This document shows, one piece after another, positions 61,856 to 64,000 of a stretch of 64,000 nt of DNA. The DNA is taken from NCBI RefSeq assembly GCF_009914755.1, contig NC_060927.1. One strand, given 5' to 3'. Origin of the DNA: the human T2T-CHM13v2.0 reference genome, Homo sapiens. The notes beneath the pieces were generated by a model. It did no database searches, was not told the DNA's origin, and was given only the letters and a program-made list of their open reading frames with translations. The translations under genes were made by a program, and so were the position numbers. How positions within the stretch are numbered: position 1 is the first letter of the stretch; every line of letters begins with the position of its first letter.

Positions 61856-62696
61856 TCAAAAAAAAAAAAAGAAGTGTCTTTTCTTTTTTCTTTTTGAGAC
61901 AGGGTCTCACTCACCCAGGCTGGAGTGCAGTGGCGTGAACTTGGGAGCCTCGACATCTGGGCTCAAGCCATCCTCCCACCTCAGCCTCCCGAATAGCTGG
62001 GACTACAGGCACACACCATCACACCCACCCTGCTAATTTATATTTTGTAGAGACAGGATTTTACCATGTTTCCCAGGCTGGTCTTGAAGTCCCAGGCTCA
62101 ACTGATCAGCCCACCTTGGCCTCCCAAATTGCTGAGATTACAGACGTGAGCCTCTGCGCCTGCCCAAAGCAGCTGTTCTTTTGCAAGGATTTATTGGTCT
62201 GTGGTGCCTCTCCCTCAGTACCCTTGCGTGGTTCTTTTCTTTTTTTCTTTTTTGTTTACTGGAGCTACCTACCATGAACTATTGGTTGGTTATTTATAAA
62301 AATATGTTTAGGTTTATGCACATCATTGTATTTATTTGCCCACGTGGGCCCCTTGAGCATCAGAGCTTCCTAAAGCAGGATCTTTGCAGGCCATCTCATC
62401 CCTCCTCATCATGTATGGATACACAAACCGAGGTCCATTGAGTCCTTTTGAAGAAGGATAGCTGCAGCTAGCTGAAGGCCAAGGCAGGTGGATCACTTGA
62501 GCCCAGGAGGTTGAGGCTGCAATAAGCTGTGTTCTTGCCACTGAGAGAGAGACTCTGCCTTAAAAAAAAGTGCAAGCTGCAAAGTGGTTGCCTTTTGCTG
62601 AGGAGGTGGGTACTGGGAGCAGCAGGAATTGACTGGAAAGAGGCATGAGGACACGTTCCTTTTTTTCCCTTTTTTATTTTTTATTTTATTTTTTGA

Positions 62697-62798
<102 letters not shown>

Positions 62799-63471
62799 TG
62801 AGTAGCTGGGATTACAGGTGCATGCCACCATGCCAACTAATTTTTGTTCCCTTTTCTATTTTTTACATGTAATAATTATATATATATATGTGTATGTATT
62901 TTTTAAGTGCTATTTTTGTTGCATTAAGAGTATGGCTCCCCAGGGACCACAAAGGCCTTTTAGAAGCCTCCGTATGTATTTATAGGTTATCAACAACAAC
63001 AACAACAAAAAACCCTCTGCTGAAACATACGCAATAGTGATTTAAGAAGAAAAGGAATTTTTCACATTGGATGAGAAAGAACTTCCCAAGTTAGTTGCCT
63101 TTACAAATTCAAACATGACGGGCTATCGGCTTGGAGTGTTTTTTAAGAGTGACGATGGGAGGCTTATGGTAAGCCCATTGTTTGACGTGACCCAAGCATG
63201 GCCTGGTTAATTTTGACCATGCTCACAGCAGTGGTAGAAGCAACTAGCCACACAGTACCGTACTTGTTCTGAAACACCCATCTCTACTTGTGAAAAAGTA
63301 GAGGATCATTGAAGGATCTTAAGAAAAATTTCTGGACCATAGCATATCTCTGCAGCAAAAGAAAAGTAACATATTTGAATGTAAACAAAAACCTGAGACT
63401 CACCCCCACACCCCAATGCTCACCACACTCATAAGAAAGGAAGTGAGAATGGGAACCCCCAAAGGCCCACA

Positions 63472-64000
63472 GAACCTATATACAACTGTCTTTCTCTGTG
63501 AAAACAGATCAGCCCCAGAACCTCTATACGCCTCTCTATGTGAAAACAATAAATCAGCCCCAGAACCTATATACACTTGTCTTTCTCTGTGAAAACAATG
63601 AATCAGCCCCAGAACCTATATACGCCTCTCTTTCTATGTGAAAACAATAAATCAGCCCCAGAACCTATACACGCCTCTCTTTCTATGTGAAAACAATAAA
63701 TCAGCCAGAGAACCTATATACGCCTCTCTTTCTATGTGAAAACAATAAATCAGCCCCAGAACCTATACACACCTCTCTTTCTATGTGAAAACAATAAATC
63801 AGCCAGAGAACCTATATACGCCTCTCTTTCGATATGAGAACAATAAATCAGCCACAGAACCTATATATGCCTCTCTTTCTATGTGAGAACAATAAATCAG
63901 TCACAGAACCTATATACACCTCTCTATGTGAAAACGATAAATCAGCCAAAGAACCTATATACGCCTCTCTTTCTCTGTGAAAACAATAAATCAGCCCCAG
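63472..64000. repeat. 49-bp minisatellite, at least 11 copies, truncated by window end
   Basis: Consensus gaacctatatacgcctctctttctatgtgaaaacaataaatcagcccca, starting at 63472, 63518, 63563, 63612, 63661, 63710, 63759, 63808, 63857, 63906 and 63951. Confidence 0.97.

Noticed and set aside
63472-64000. Regular repeat array superficially like CRISPR
   Set aside because: The units are contiguous with no unique spacers, there are no cas genes, and this is human DNA. It is an ordinary minisatellite.

Overview
Human (primate) genomic DNA from the TFRC (transferrin receptor 1, CD71) locus. The gene is on the minus strand. I located all 18 coding exons (exons 2-19) by their GT-AG boundaries. They join into an intact 2283-nt CDS of 760 aa that matches the protein as I recall it, except for Ser at codon 142. 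The CpG-island promoter lies at about 30.4-30.5 kb and has TATA, GC-box, AP-1/CRE-like, Ets and HIF motifs. Only 272 nt of the 3' UTR is inside the window, so the IREs fall outside it. The right half (about 31-64 kb) is Alu-saturated upstream DNA with old L1/MIR/MER fragments and several minisatellites, and I see no credible protein-coding gene there. Almost all non-TFRC ORFs in the track are Alu or VNTR artefacts. I found no new multi-gene system. The best second-look items are: (1) an isoform-specific, strong-Kozak uORF that ends on the TFRC start codons, (2) a candidate 107-nt poison exon in intron 3, (3) a 34-bp GATA-containing segment copied into an intron-1 Alu from 1.66 kb away, (4) a HERV-E-type solo LTR nested in an Alu, and (5) several transposon-derived tandem arrays. 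All repeat family names are from memory, not from a database search.
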